A DNA stretch of 64,000 bases. Origin: an uncultured virus (IMG/VR IMGVR_UViG_3300033066_001236) (lineage: Duplodnaviria > Heunggongvirae > Uroviricota > Caudoviricetes). Below the pieces are notes generated by a model, which searched no databases, had not been told where the DNA came from, and saw only the letters and a program-made list of their open reading frames with translations. A program made the translations under genes and the position numbers. Of the stretch, positions 29,178-38,063 are shown piece after piece (the first letter of the stretch is position 1; each line of letters opens with the position of its first letter). The stretch lies in the IMG/VR virus record IMGVR_UViG_3300033066_001236; one strand, 5' to 3'.

Positions 29178-30068
29178 ATGTCATACAATACCGAAACAAT
29201 CAACGCGCAATTCATCAACCAAGCTTTCATGTCAAAGCTGGATGCTGGTCTTGAAAAAGAAGCCGGCGTGGCGATGAGCGCATTCGTTCGTCAAAAGCTT
29301 CGTGAAGAAGGCTTTACCCGTAAGATCCTGGAACCCACCATGGTTTCGGCTGCGGAACTGGACCGTCAACTGACGGAAGAGCCGACGGTTATCGTTGAGA
29401 AGGAACCGGACTCGGTTGCTGCCAACCTGCCGTTCCTGGGTCGTCCGGAACCCCGTTACTTCACGGGCCTTCGTTACCCCGTGACCTTCCACAAGATTCA
29501 GTCCGCTGAATTCAAGAAGAGCAAGTTTGAACTGGCTACTTACCGTACGGACATCCGTACCGTGCTCCAGGAAAACAGCGTGAAGGACCTGCAGAAGCAG
29601 GAAGACGAGAACTTCTATAACAGCATCCTGGCTGTGGCGCAAGCTAACGGCAAGATGTACAGCGTGACCGGTGGTTTCTCCGTGTCTAACCTGATGGAAG
29701 GTGTGAAGTATCTGACGAAGAATCAAGTGCCGGTGGGCTCTATTCTGATGACTCAGAGCATGTACGCTGACTTGATCAAGCAACCGTCCACTCAGTTCGG
29801 ATCGCCCTTGGCTTCCGGTCTGGCCAGCGGTGAACGTAGCCTGGATAACTTCTTCGGCTTCAAGATCATCACGACGAACAAGAACGACATCCTGCCGGAT
29901 AACAGAGTTCTGTTCTTCACAGCTCCGCAGTACCTTGGTCAATTCTACATTCTGCAAGATGCGACGGTTTTCCTGAAAACTGAGGCAGATATGGTGAGCT
30001 TCACCACTTACTCCGCCCCGGGTATTGGTATCGGAAACATCAACGGTGTAGTGTCTCTGGACTTCTAA
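29178..30068 (+). CDS. major capsid protein
   Basis: strong SD TAAGGAG; highly biased codons; 296 aa; KLREEGFTRKIL; N-terminal LEKEA; followed by a terminator. Confidence 0.8.
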   Translation: MSYNTETINAQFINQAFMSKLDAGLEKEAGVAMSAFVRQKLREEGFTRKILEPTMVSAAELDRQLTEEPTVIVEKEPDSVAANLPFLGRPEPRYFTGLRYPVTFHKIQSAEFKKSKFELATYRTDIRTVLQENSVKDLQKQEDENFYNSILAVAQANGKMYSVTGGFSVSNLMEGVKYLTKNQVPVGSILMTQSMYADLIKQPSTQFGSPLASGLASGERSLDNFFGFKIITTNKNDILPDNRVLFFTAPQYLGQFYILQDATVFLKTEADMVSFTTYSAPGIGIGNINGVVSLDF

Positions 30069-30093
30069 ACCTACCTAACCAATCGGTTAGACT

Positions 30094-30123
30094 AAAAAAA
30101 GCCCTGTTTACACAGGGCTTTTT
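30094..30123. terminator. bidirectional intrinsic terminator
   Basis: AAAAAAAGCCCTGT-loop-ACAGGGCTTTTT. Confidence 0.85.
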
Positions 30124-30125
30124 CT

Positions 30126-31817
30126 TTATAGGACCAGTTCAAACTTAAGCTGCCCACAATCGTAGACTTTTACGTAGCCCTGTGACTCACAAATCTGAGT
30201 CTCGGTAAGAGTTTGGTCAAAGACTTTACCAAATTTAGCTTCTAATTTGTGTCTCTGAAAATCCACGCGGTTGTGTCTTTGTTGGGCTTTACACCAGTAG
30301 TACCCGGGATCTGAGGCCCCCAAGAGCTTAAAACCGTTAATAAGGTATACGTTTCCTGTTGACCACCTCCTATCCGCGTAGGAGATGATGCGTTTAGCAG
30401 TAGAGCTTTCGCAGTAAGCCTTTAGCAAACGGCTAAATCCCCCTACTACAGACCCCCTGCTGCAAAATCTTATAAGTTCAACGGAATCTATAGATCCGTC
30501 GAATCTAGGCTTTCCAAAAGTCATAACTGCTTGTATTACCCCACTATTTGGTTCTACGAGAGCGTAGTTTATACTCGTGGCTTGTCCTTGTCCTTGTATG
30601 TGCGTCTCGGTTATAAACTCTTTGATTTTAGCCCAAGGTAGATTTTGTTCTAGTTGAAGTTTTCTAGCGTACGTTGTTGTCCCCTCTTTTCCTACTAAGT
30701 ATCGTATCTTATCTTTGACTAAACTCTGGTTATAGACCCATTCGTCCTCAAAGATCTGAATTAGTCTTATACCTAAAGATTCAGCTAATTCCGTTTTGTT
30801 TAAATGATACCGCTTATCTTTCCCCATAGACTCGCTGTGCCAATACAGTCCGTTATATTCGAACGCCATATTTAGCGATGGGATAAAAATATCGCATTCT
30901 TTCCCTTTGAGAACTCTTTTTTCGACTTCAAACTCTACCCCTAGACTAGCCAGGTAAGCTTGTATTTCTAGTTGTCCTTTAGAATTTTTAGGACTGCATC
31001 TAGGGCAACCCTGTCCCTTCATAGTGTCCCCCATTCTTTGACGGTGGGGTCCATGCGTCGGACAGGTTATAGTTATAAACTCTTTATTACTAGACGCCTT
31101 AACCAGTTCTTCCTCTACGAAAGATAACTTGTCTGCATGGACGTGTTTAAGTTTTAAAGCCCTATACTTATAGTAGTCTACTTCTCCGAAATTCATCGTA
31201 GCTTTGTTTAGTATAATAGCATTCTTGCTGCACACTGGACAAAGCGGATTGTTTCTAAAAATGTCCTGGGGCCGGGTTTGAAATTCAGCGTTATGCCTAG
31301 TACAAATTACTGTACTTTCCCCGTAGGCCCCCTTATACTCGAATTTGGAGAAATCAAACTTGTCTCCCCAAATTGCCTTAGCTTTTTGAACGAATATCTC
31401 TTTATCCCTAAGCCTCCCCGAACAATACGGACACCCGCCCCCTCCTACGTGATATTGAGCTCTCTGCTCGAAGTCTTTTCCGCAAGTTTTACACCCTAAC
31501 AGAACCTTGTCTTTCAAGGTGATGAAGTTAGGCAGGACGATTTTGGAATAGTCGAATTTCTCGGAATTCCCTTGCGGCAATCGCCTCATAAACTCAGCAA
31601 ACGTCTGTTCAGCAGTGTTGTGTCGAGCGAAAGTTCTACACTTACGGCAACCGTTTTCGTTTCTTACAAACGACTCCCACGTCGTAAAGAAAGAGCCATG
31701 TTCCGGACAGATTACCTCGAACTTCTCTCTTATCCCGAATTCTTCCGGAACCTTGCTTAAATCAAACTTCCCATTATGCTTTACTCTGTTGAGTTCTTCG
31801 ATCTTGTTCTTTTTCAT
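30126..31817 (-). CDS. Hef-like homing endonuclease: repeated zinc modules, PD-(D/E)xK-type nuclease and C-terminal acetyltransferase-like domain
   Basis: CPEHG, CPTHG and GCPxC repeats; ECDIFIP..AFEYNGLYWH; IFEDEW; YARK...ELIRFC...SYADRRWS; visibly AT-rich. Confidence 0.75.
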   Translation of the reverse strand: MKKNKIEELNRVKHNGKFDLSKVPEEFGIREKFEVICPEHGSFFTTWESFVRNENGCRKCRTFARHNTAEQTFAEFMRRLPQGNSEKFDYSKIVLPNFITLKDKVLLGCKTCGKDFEQRAQYHVGGGGCPYCSGRLRDKEIFVQKAKAIWGDKFDFSKFEYKGAYGESTVICTRHNAEFQTRPQDIFRNNPLCPVCSKNAIILNKATMNFGEVDYYKYRALKLKHVHADKLSFVEEELVKASSNKEFITITCPTHGPHRQRMGDTMKGQGCPRCSPKNSKGQLEIQAYLASLGVEFEVEKRVLKGKECDIFIPSLNMAFEYNGLYWHSESMGKDKRYHLNKTELAESLGIRLIQIFEDEWVYNQSLVKDKIRYLVGKEGTTTYARKLQLEQNLPWAKIKEFITETHIQGQGQATSINYALVEPNSGVIQAVMTFGKPRFDGSIDSVELIRFCSRGSVVGGFSRLLKAYCESSTAKRIISYADRRWSTGNVYLINGFKLLGASDPGYYWCKAQQRHNRVDFQRHKLEAKFGKVFDQTLTETQICESQGYVKVYDCGQLKFELVL

Positions 31818-31861
31818 ACATTGCTATTATAAGACTAAAAAGGACCGCTTGGTCCTCGAGG

Positions 31862-32170
31862 TTACCCCCTCAAAGTGAACTTGGCCAAAAGGTCATTGGT
31901 AACGGCTGCCGCTGCCTTCTCCTGTTCCAGCGTGGGTTTCGGCTCTTGACTGGAGGCACCGAATTTAGTCTGGTTTCTCACCGCAACCAAAGTCACCCCC
32001 ACTTTGATCAAGACCTCGACCCCTTCTGCTTTCAAAACTTCGAGTTTGCGAATGTGTTCTGACAAGTCTCGCCTGCCAGGATCGTTGTACGGTAGCCGTA
32101 AAATGACGCCTCTCAGGGCTCCTATCACTTTTTCAACGCGGATAGGAACGTTATCTGGTAGGTGTAACAT
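31862..32170 (-). CDS. hypothetical protein
   Basis: SD AGGAG; promoter motif at 32203-32211. Confidence 0.7.
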   Translation of the reverse strand: MLHLPDNVPIRVEKVIGALRGVILRLPYNDPGRRDLSEHIRKLEVLKAEGVEVLIKVGVTLVAVRNQTKFGASSQEPKPTLEQEKAAAAVTNDLLAKFTLRG

Positions 32171-32253
32171 GCGAAGACTCCTATAAGGGTTTATGTACTT
32201 GTCTTATACCAAAGAGAGGCGCGGTAAGCTAAAAAGAGCACAAGGCTCTTTTC

Positions 32254-32475
32254 TTACTGTCCCGCGTTCTCGGTGCGGTAGATTCTCATCCACGCCCGAT
32301 CCAGGACCTCATACACGTGGTTCTCTTTCTCTATTTCGCGGGTTAGACGACGTCTCTCCTGAATTCTCCAAAAAGGACAGACATCAAGTCGGGCGGTTAG
32401 TTCGACAATCCTGTCGGCAGCAACAGTTTGCAAGTTGCTTAAGCAGTTGAGTGTATTACCTAAAGGATGTTTCAC
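32254..32475 (-). CDS. hypothetical protein (GTG start coupled to the NADAR stop)
   Basis: GTGA overlap; hairpin terminator at ~32231-32253. Confidence 0.55.
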   Translation of the reverse strand: MKHPLGNTLNCLSNLQTVAADRIVELTARLDVCPFWRIQERRRLTREIEKENHVYEVLDRAWMRIYRTENAGQ

Positions 32476-32963
32476 ACGTATCCCCTTACTCTCATCAGAG
32501 TTCGTCCAAGTTTGTTTTGCCCTATACCCCCACACACTCCCCAATAGATGTCACCCCACCAGTTGGTTTCCTCCAGGTGCTTGGGATCAGTCTCTTTCAG
32601 CAAACGTTTGATGGCCTCGTTCTGCGAAAATTTGGCGTAAACGACTCGTTCCATGGCTTCGTCTCGGAGGTTCTCCCAGTCCGGGATCAGAGTTACTACC
32701 GTGGTTCCGTACTTTTTAGCCTCAGCGGCCGTCAGGGTTGTCAAGTGTCTCTTCTGTTCCGGGTCGACCGTCTTGAGGCTCATGTAAGCTGCTTCAGATG
32801 AGCCGAAGACAAGCCCGTCTAACTCCACGGTCGCCGGATGAAAGTTAGACAAGAATCTGTAAGGTCCGAAAAAACCGAGAATCGACACCTCGGTTACCTC
32901 GGGCACAACAACCCCCAGTTCATTCAAGAAATCACTACGAGTGGTCTTCACTGTTCGACTCAT
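32472..32963 (-). CDS. ybiA: NADAR/YbiA family protein
   Basis: FLSNFH, SSEAAY, AKFSQN, WGDIYWG, GQNKLGRTLMRVR. Confidence 0.9.
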   Translation of the reverse strand: MSRTVKTTRSDFLNELGVVVPEVTEVSILGFFGPYRFLSNFHPATVELDGLVFGSSEAAYMSLKTVDPEQKRHLTTLTAAEAKKYGTTVVTLIPDWENLRDEAMERVVYAKFSQNEAIKRLLKETDPKHLEETNWWGDIYWGVCGGIGQNKLGRTLMRVRGYV

Positions 32964-33792
32964 CTATCAGCTCCTTTTCTAGTACGGGTGATTCGTCGTT
33001 AAATAGAACACCCGCCAGGTTTGCGATGGTGGTTAACGACGGGTAGTTTACCTCCTCCACTGCGGTTCTGAGTATAGGCCCCTCTGGAGGCTTCCAGTTA
33101 GGTATCTGTCTCAGGCGAGTGAGTTCCTCTTCAGTAAAGTCTCGGGAGACTGTCCTTCTCTTGTAGTAACTACCCCTCTTCGCAAAATTGGGTAGGTCAT
33201 CCCAGACGATACCTTCTTCGAACAACAGTCCTTTCCGTTGAGAAGTTGATAGGCCGTGTAAGGTCTTCCCGGAAAACTTGGAGGACGCAAGGGCCGAAAC
33301 ACTGTTTTTCGTAGCATCCATCTCCCTCCATAGAAAGTTCTCCGCTGCAAGTCTCGCATTGGGTACTGACCATATTCTAGCGTCAAACGTAGGTAGCTGC
33401 TCTAAGTAAGACGGCGGTAGAGTTTTGGTAATTTCCCTGTTAAAGACGACGCTTGCCGTAGCCGCCAGACTAGAGGTTAACTTGGCTATACGACCTGAAA
33501 ATATAGGCAGAAGATGCGTGTCCGAAGCGGGGAGCCAAACCAGGGTTATCTCGTCCGACTGAGTATAGCCCAGGTTGGGTGTAAAACGCCGTACAAGCTC
33601 TTTTGTGGTCTCCTGCATAGCCTCGGCTAGGCGAAGGTCAAACGGCCGCGCCAAGCCCTTTGTGAAGGTGTGGAAGGCCCGCCCGTCCAACCTCGCTAAG
33701 ACCGGGAGTCCCGGCATTAGCGTCCTTGTCGCCTCAATGGTCTCAAAAGCCTTTTGAGTATCCCCTAAAGTATCAAAGTCAAGTCTCTTCAC
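32935..33792 (-). CDS. thg1: Thg1-like 3'-5' nucleotidyltransferase (tRNA-His guanylyltransferase family)
   Basis: RLDGRAFHTFT, GYTQSDEI, FDAR, WREMDATKNS. Confidence 0.92.
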   Translation of the reverse strand: MKRLDFDTLGDTQKAFETIEATRTLMPGLPVLARLDGRAFHTFTKGLARPFDLRLAEAMQETTKELVRRFTPNLGYTQSDEITLVWLPASDTHLLPIFSGRIAKLTSSLAATASVVFNREITKTLPPSYLEQLPTFDARIWSVPNARLAAENFLWREMDATKNSVSALASSKFSGKTLHGLSTSQRKGLLFEEGIVWDDLPNFAKRGSYYKRRTVSRDFTEEELTRLRQIPNWKPPEGPILRTAVEEVNYPSLTTIANLAGVLFNDESPVLEKELIDESNSEDHS

Positions 33793-34004
33793 GTGATTGC
33801 TGCTCCCCTTTTACAAAGTCTATTCCGTAGAGAAGAGCCTCCTTCAAATATGCCTCCGGCCAAGAACACTTTGACCTTCTTGGAACAAAGGTCACTGAGC
33901 TTCAGCTCATCAGGGCAGGTGATGATTCTCATTTTGAGCGACTCCAAAGATCGGACCACTTGTTCACTAGAGCCGGCAGACTGCGTAGCAACGTTTTGTT
34001 CCAA
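33789..34004 (-). CDS. hypothetical protein
   Basis: coupled ORF; KVFLAGGI resembles the start of nucleoside deoxyribosyltransferase-like folds, possibly truncated. Confidence 0.45.
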   Translation of the reverse strand: MEQNVATQSAGSSEQVVRSLESLKMRIITCPDELKLSDLCSKKVKVFLAGGIFEGGSSLRNRLCKRGAAIT

Positions 34005-34264
34005 AGTTTGTTGATACTAGTATTTTCCAGTAAGTCTTGAATAATTATCGCGGCCCCGACTACTAGAATGACCACTGCGATGACCGCTGAGATAACCTGA
34101 ATAACAGGCAAGGCTGAGACCAAGAAGATAATACATAGGTGTTTGACCCGGTAGTCTTCGTCCAGAACCGAGTAGAGGCTCCAAAGAACAAAGCTCACCA
34201 GCCCTGCAGTGCAGTAGACCCAGTCAAAGGGCAAAGGAATGCCTGAGAATAAAGGAGTTGTCAT
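33929..34264 (-). CDS. membrane protein (start MTTPLF)
   Basis: 2-3 TM helices. Confidence 0.6.
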   Translation of the reverse strand: MTTPLFSGIPLPFDWVYCTAGLVSFVLWSLYSVLDEDYRVKHLCIIFLVSALPVIQVISAVIAVVILVVGAAIIIQDLLENTSINKLWNKTLLRSLPALVNKWSDLWSRSK

Positions 34265-34307
34265 GTTCGATCTTTCATGTAAGAAAAGGGCCGAAGCCCT
34301 TTCCGTG

Positions 34308-36074
34308 TTAGGCCGCGAGCAGCCGTTCTTTGATTTCCGCAAAAGGTGTGTTCACAAGGAAGTTGCCGTCTTCCAGCCCCACCCTCAGAGAACCGGTGTC
34401 TTCCTCATCCCAGTCGACCTGGTCTACGAGGATGAACCTTTCACCTTCCGCCTCCTGCGCCCTCAAGACCTTGAGCAGCCCCCTGGCAGATTTCTTGGTC
34501 TTGTCAACGTCAGTAGCAGGGTCCTTGGCCATTTCCCGGCCGACCCCGTTGACCACTGCAAAAGTGGCCTTGATTGCCGCACCCAGCGTGTCCCGGGTAA
34601 TGTACTGGTAGGTATAGGAGCCGATACCGAAGACGATGTTGCAAGACGCAAATCCCTTCTCTTCGAGCCGTTTCAGCACGGCCAACGCGATCTCCGGAGT
34701 GATGGAATCTCCGTATATCAAGCCGACCCGCTGACTGACAGCCTTGTAGCCCTTGCTTGTGATCTCGCCGCCGAACTCGTCCCAGAGACAAGCCACCGCT
34801 CCTTTTTGTTGAGGAGTCGGAGTCACTTCTTTGAATATCGGTTCCGTCGGGCTAGCGGCGGGGTTCTCAACTACCTGGTAGTACTTCCCCCGGTGCTCGA
34901 CCACTATCGGCTCTACCCCGAATACCCCGCGACGCACCTGGTCCTTACCGACCTCCAAGTAAATGGACTTCAGGCCGTCCCAGTCCAGAGACTTGACGCT
35001 GCGAGCGGTGCCGCAAATCACGTCGGCCGGATCGCCAGAGTCTGGGCGGAACACTACTTTGGACAGGCCCAACGCATTGAACTTGCGGCCTAGAATCACC
35101 GGCTTGAGTTTTTGAGTCACCTCCGTGATGACATGCCAGAAGTCCCAAGTATCGGACACGATGGACACCACGCCATCCTCGAATTCTGGTAGGGTGATGA
35201 TGCGACGGATAGTATCCACTTCTCCGTCCTTCCCGTCCACACACATGACGGCATGCTCCGACGCTCCCACCGAGCCGCCGTTGAAAGAGTCCTTGCCTTG
35301 GTAGACAAAGTCGATCCAGTCCATGGACGAAACGGAGTCGGTGCCCAGGAATGACGTGCTGTGGCCGGAACAGCTTTTGGCTGCGTCCATCATGCCGCTC
35401 ATGCCACGGTCAGCAAAACAATGGCCTTGCCAGTCGATGAAGTCCTTGGGGGAGCCCGTCTTCTCGGCGTAGTCAGTCAGCATTCGCCGATAGGCGTGCG
35501 CAATGGTAGCCACCGTCATGGGCTTCCAGATTTCGTTGGAGATGTTGGTCTCCAGTCCGTTGGTCAACCAGAAGTAGTCGGGTAACGTGTTGACGATCGT
35601 CAGGAAAGGGACTCCGACATTGACCCGAGACCCTTCCGGCAACATCTTGACCCGGATGGGGAGGTAGCCGAGATCGTGGAGGTCGGCCAGGTGCTGCACG
35701 TAGGCTTCCTTGCCGGTAAAGGCCGGGACGCGATTGCGGTACTGAGCGAGGACCTCCTCTTTCGGGCGAGTGAAGAACGTCTCATCCCAGAGGGCCACGA
35801 TCTCTTTCATGGCCGCCTCCACACCGTACACCACGTACTTGTTGTCGCGGTATTCTGCTGGGATCTTCAGGTGCTTCATGTTGCGAACCGTGAAGTTGGA
35901 GTAGACGTACTCCGTACCTTTCGGGTACATTGGCCTGTGGTTCAGCTTGTAGGCGTCCAGGCAGTGGGGTGCAAAGAGGCGGAACATGCTGCGTCTTTCC
36001 CGGTTGGGAGTAGTGCGAAGCTCGAAGGGGCGAGCTGCAGCTGAAAGGCTTGACGGGGCGATTTCGGTAGACAT
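34308..36074 (-). CDS. nadV: nicotinamide phosphoribosyltransferase-like protein (Nampt/Namat)
   Basis: DAYKLNH, ASEHAVM, SIVSDTWD, RPDSGDP, YGDSIT, FGIGS, KKSARG; SD before MSTEI. Confidence 0.93.
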   Translation of the reverse strand: MSTEIAPSSLSAAARPFELRTTPNRERRSMFRLFAPHCLDAYKLNHRPMYPKGTEYVYSNFTVRNMKHLKIPAEYRDNKYVVYGVEAAMKEIVALWDETFFTRPKEEVLAQYRNRVPAFTGKEAYVQHLADLHDLGYLPIRVKMLPEGSRVNVGVPFLTIVNTLPDYFWLTNGLETNISNEIWKPMTVATIAHAYRRMLTDYAEKTGSPKDFIDWQGHCFADRGMSGMMDAAKSCSGHSTSFLGTDSVSSMDWIDFVYQGKDSFNGGSVGASEHAVMCVDGKDGEVDTIRRIITLPEFEDGVVSIVSDTWDFWHVITEVTQKLKPVILGRKFNALGLSKVVFRPDSGDPADVICGTARSVKSLDWDGLKSIYLEVGKDQVRRGVFGVEPIVVEHRGKYYQVVENPAASPTEPIFKEVTPTPQQKGAVACLWDEFGGEITSKGYKAVSQRVGLIYGDSITPEIALAVLKRLEEKGFASCNIVFGIGSYTYQYITRDTLGAAIKATFAVVNGVGREMAKDPATDVDKTKKSARGLLKVLRAQEAEGERFILVDQVDWDEEDTGSLRVGLEDGNFLVNTPFAEIKERLLAA

Positions 36075-36097
36075 GGAGGAGTCCTTTCTGGTCGGGG

Positions 36098-36961
36098 TTA
36101 AATCTGCACAATACGGGCGGGCCACGTAGAGGGAAACATGTTGGCAACGAAGATGCCGTCGATGTGGTCGAGGAGAGTGTCGAAGCCGGAACTAAAAATC
36201 CCATGGGTGACATACAGGTATATCTTCCCACTGGTCTTCGGGCGGAGGGCCTTGGCCAACTCGATGAAGGTGCGGCCTCCGTCCAGGATGTCGTCGAGAA
36301 TCAAGAAGTTCTTGTCCCCAACGTGGTCTGTGTAGGCCACTGTTCCGGTTATCTCACCAGTCTTGGTGTTGCGGATTTTGTCAGCCCGTACCAGCTGTTC
36401 GATACCAAGACTGATAGCCGACTCTCCGGTTTTCTTCAAGGCTCCCGCATCAGGTGAGACCAGAACGGTCTGTTCGGGCTTCAGCCATATAGGGGCAGGT
36501 CCCGCAACGCCGCCCACTGGGGTTAGTTTCGGGGAGAACAGTCTCCGAACGAAGTCTTTCTGTGGAATGACCTTGATGTTGTTCACCAGAGCGGCAGTGA
36601 CGTCGCTGTGGGGATCCCAAACGGTCACCTGCGAATATTGTTGCAGGTTTATCAGATCAGCCATGACCTTTACGGACAGGGCTTCTCCAGGATTCATTCG
36701 ACGGTCTTGCCGGGCATACGGGAAATACGGCAGTGTCAGTTCTATCTGCTTACCGGGAACGTAGGCCTTCAGTGCTTCGGTTACCAGCAGCAACTCCATT
36801 ACGTCGTTTGAACTCCGGACGTTGGCATAAATCCTTGGCGTCAGGTCTGAGTTGATCGGTCCCGCCTGCAAGGCAACGTGAACTTCTCCCCCTGAGAATA
36901 TCCTTTTGTCGTAAACAATTTGGGCGTTCCCTACGGTTATTCTCATGGCTTCACCTTTCAA
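36098..36961 (-). CDS. prs: ribose-phosphate pyrophosphokinase-like protein (Prs/Adps)
   Basis: FSGGE, PYFPYARQDR, DPHS, SPDAGA, DDILDGGRTF, THGIFS. Confidence 0.93.
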   Translation of the reverse strand: MKGEAMRITVGNAQIVYDKRIFSGGEVHVALQAGPINSDLTPRIYANVRSSNDVMELLLVTEALKAYVPGKQIELTLPYFPYARQDRRMNPGEALSVKVMADLINLQQYSQVTVWDPHSDVTAALVNNIKVIPQKDFVRRLFSPKLTPVGGVAGPAPIWLKPEQTVLVSPDAGALKKTGESAISLGIEQLVRADKIRNTKTGEITGTVAYTDHVGDKNFLILDDILDGGRTFIELAKALRPKTSGKIYLYVTHGIFSSGFDTLLDHIDGIFVANMFPSTWPARIVQI

Positions 36962-36997
36962 TGGTTAGTGGTTGCGGGTTGTAAAATCAAGACAAAT

Positions 36998-37981
36998 CTA
37001 GGTCCTTGGAAATGTGCTGTACGCGCTCATGACTCGAAACTTCACCTGTTCAGGGGTCCAGATCGTCACCCATGAAAACGGAGGCCCAAACATCGAGGAC
37101 ACGTGTTTCATGAACTTCCCAAGTTCCTTTTCTTTTAAGCCAGTCCACTCGGACACAAGTTCACCGTTATAGAGTAGCTTGGCTTCTTTTCTCATCTCAG
37201 CCTCCCGTATGAATCTCTCATAGGCTAGCCTTGCACCAGTGAACTCTGAAAAGATCCTAGGTAGGTAAATTGATTTGTCTTTGTCAAATTTGAACTCAGG
37301 AACTTGAGTGGTCTTTATGTACTCCAAGAAACCCCTGTAGGTACTACGCTTTTTATCACGTATTCTGTTCGCGTGGTTCAGATTCTCGTACTGAAAGATC
37401 TCCCTGGAAAAGTACATGGAGCTACATACAAACTCGTAGATGTCTGCCAAAGTGTCGAAGCCTCGATCATACCGACGGGACTCGAGACCCAAAAACTCAA
37501 GTATGAAATGAAAGTCCTTGCTAAGCAAAATTTCACCCACGACTTGGTCCTCATATCTAACGGGCAGCCACAAACCTTCTGGGCCGTACTTTAGGCCAAA
37601 GGCTCTCGATAACTTGCCGAGCAAGTTACCTAGATCGTTATACGAGTAGTAGTACCTGGCGGGGGCCAGATCTAGTCTCGTTGGCACGGGGATCAAATCT
37701 ACCTGAAGGTTTTTGTACAAAAGAGACAGCGTGTCTCCGTTTGCAACGTGAGGGGGATCTTCAAATAACCGCAGAATAGACTTGTGGGTCTTTTTCGTTA
37801 AAGGAAATACTAGAATGTCCAAATCCCCGAAATCGGTCTTTTGCCTGTAACTAGGTATGGCTCGAGTATGAAGCGGGAATTCGTGCCCATCCAGAATTCC
37901 GAAGACTTCTCGGCTCAGTTGTTCGTATTCTTCTGCCGCGTGTCTTCTTGCCCCTTCCGAGGCCAATGCGTTTCCACCCAT
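36998..37981 (-). CDS. polymerase-beta-superfamily nucleotidyltransferase
   Basis: PSYRQKTDFGDLDIL (DxD) and QVDLI; own promoter at 37998-38006. Confidence 0.7.
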   Translation of the reverse strand: MGGNALASEGARRHAAEEYEQLSREVFGILDGHEFPLHTRAIPSYRQKTDFGDLDILVFPLTKKTHKSILRLFEDPPHVANGDTLSLLYKNLQVDLIPVPTRLDLAPARYYYSYNDLGNLLGKLSRAFGLKYGPEGLWLPVRYEDQVVGEILLSKDFHFILEFLGLESRRYDRGFDTLADIYEFVCSSMYFSREIFQYENLNHANRIRDKKRSTYRGFLEYIKTTQVPEFKFDKDKSIYLPRIFSEFTGARLAYERFIREAEMRKEAKLLYNGELVSEWTGLKEKELGKFMKHVSSMFGPPFSWVTIWTPEQVKFRVMSAYSTFPRT

Positions 37982-38030
37982 TGTTAATCCTTACATTCTT
38001 ATACCATTGATAGGTTGTCTTAACTAAACT

Positions 38031-38059
38031 AAAAAAAGCCCCACCTAGGCAGGGCTTTT
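38031..38059. terminator. intrinsic terminator after Ro60
   Basis: AAAAAAAGCCC...GGGCTTTT. Confidence 0.8.
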
Positions 38060-38063
38060 CAAG

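Noticed and set aside
28400..29957. Long antisense ORFs 28400..29230 and 29232..29957
   Set aside because: Shadows of strongly codon-biased capsid genes; no SD or motifs
34239..36231. ORF 34239..35093 (+) and other alternative frames over the Nampt-like gene
   Set aside because: Expected in GC-rich coding DNA; no protein motifs
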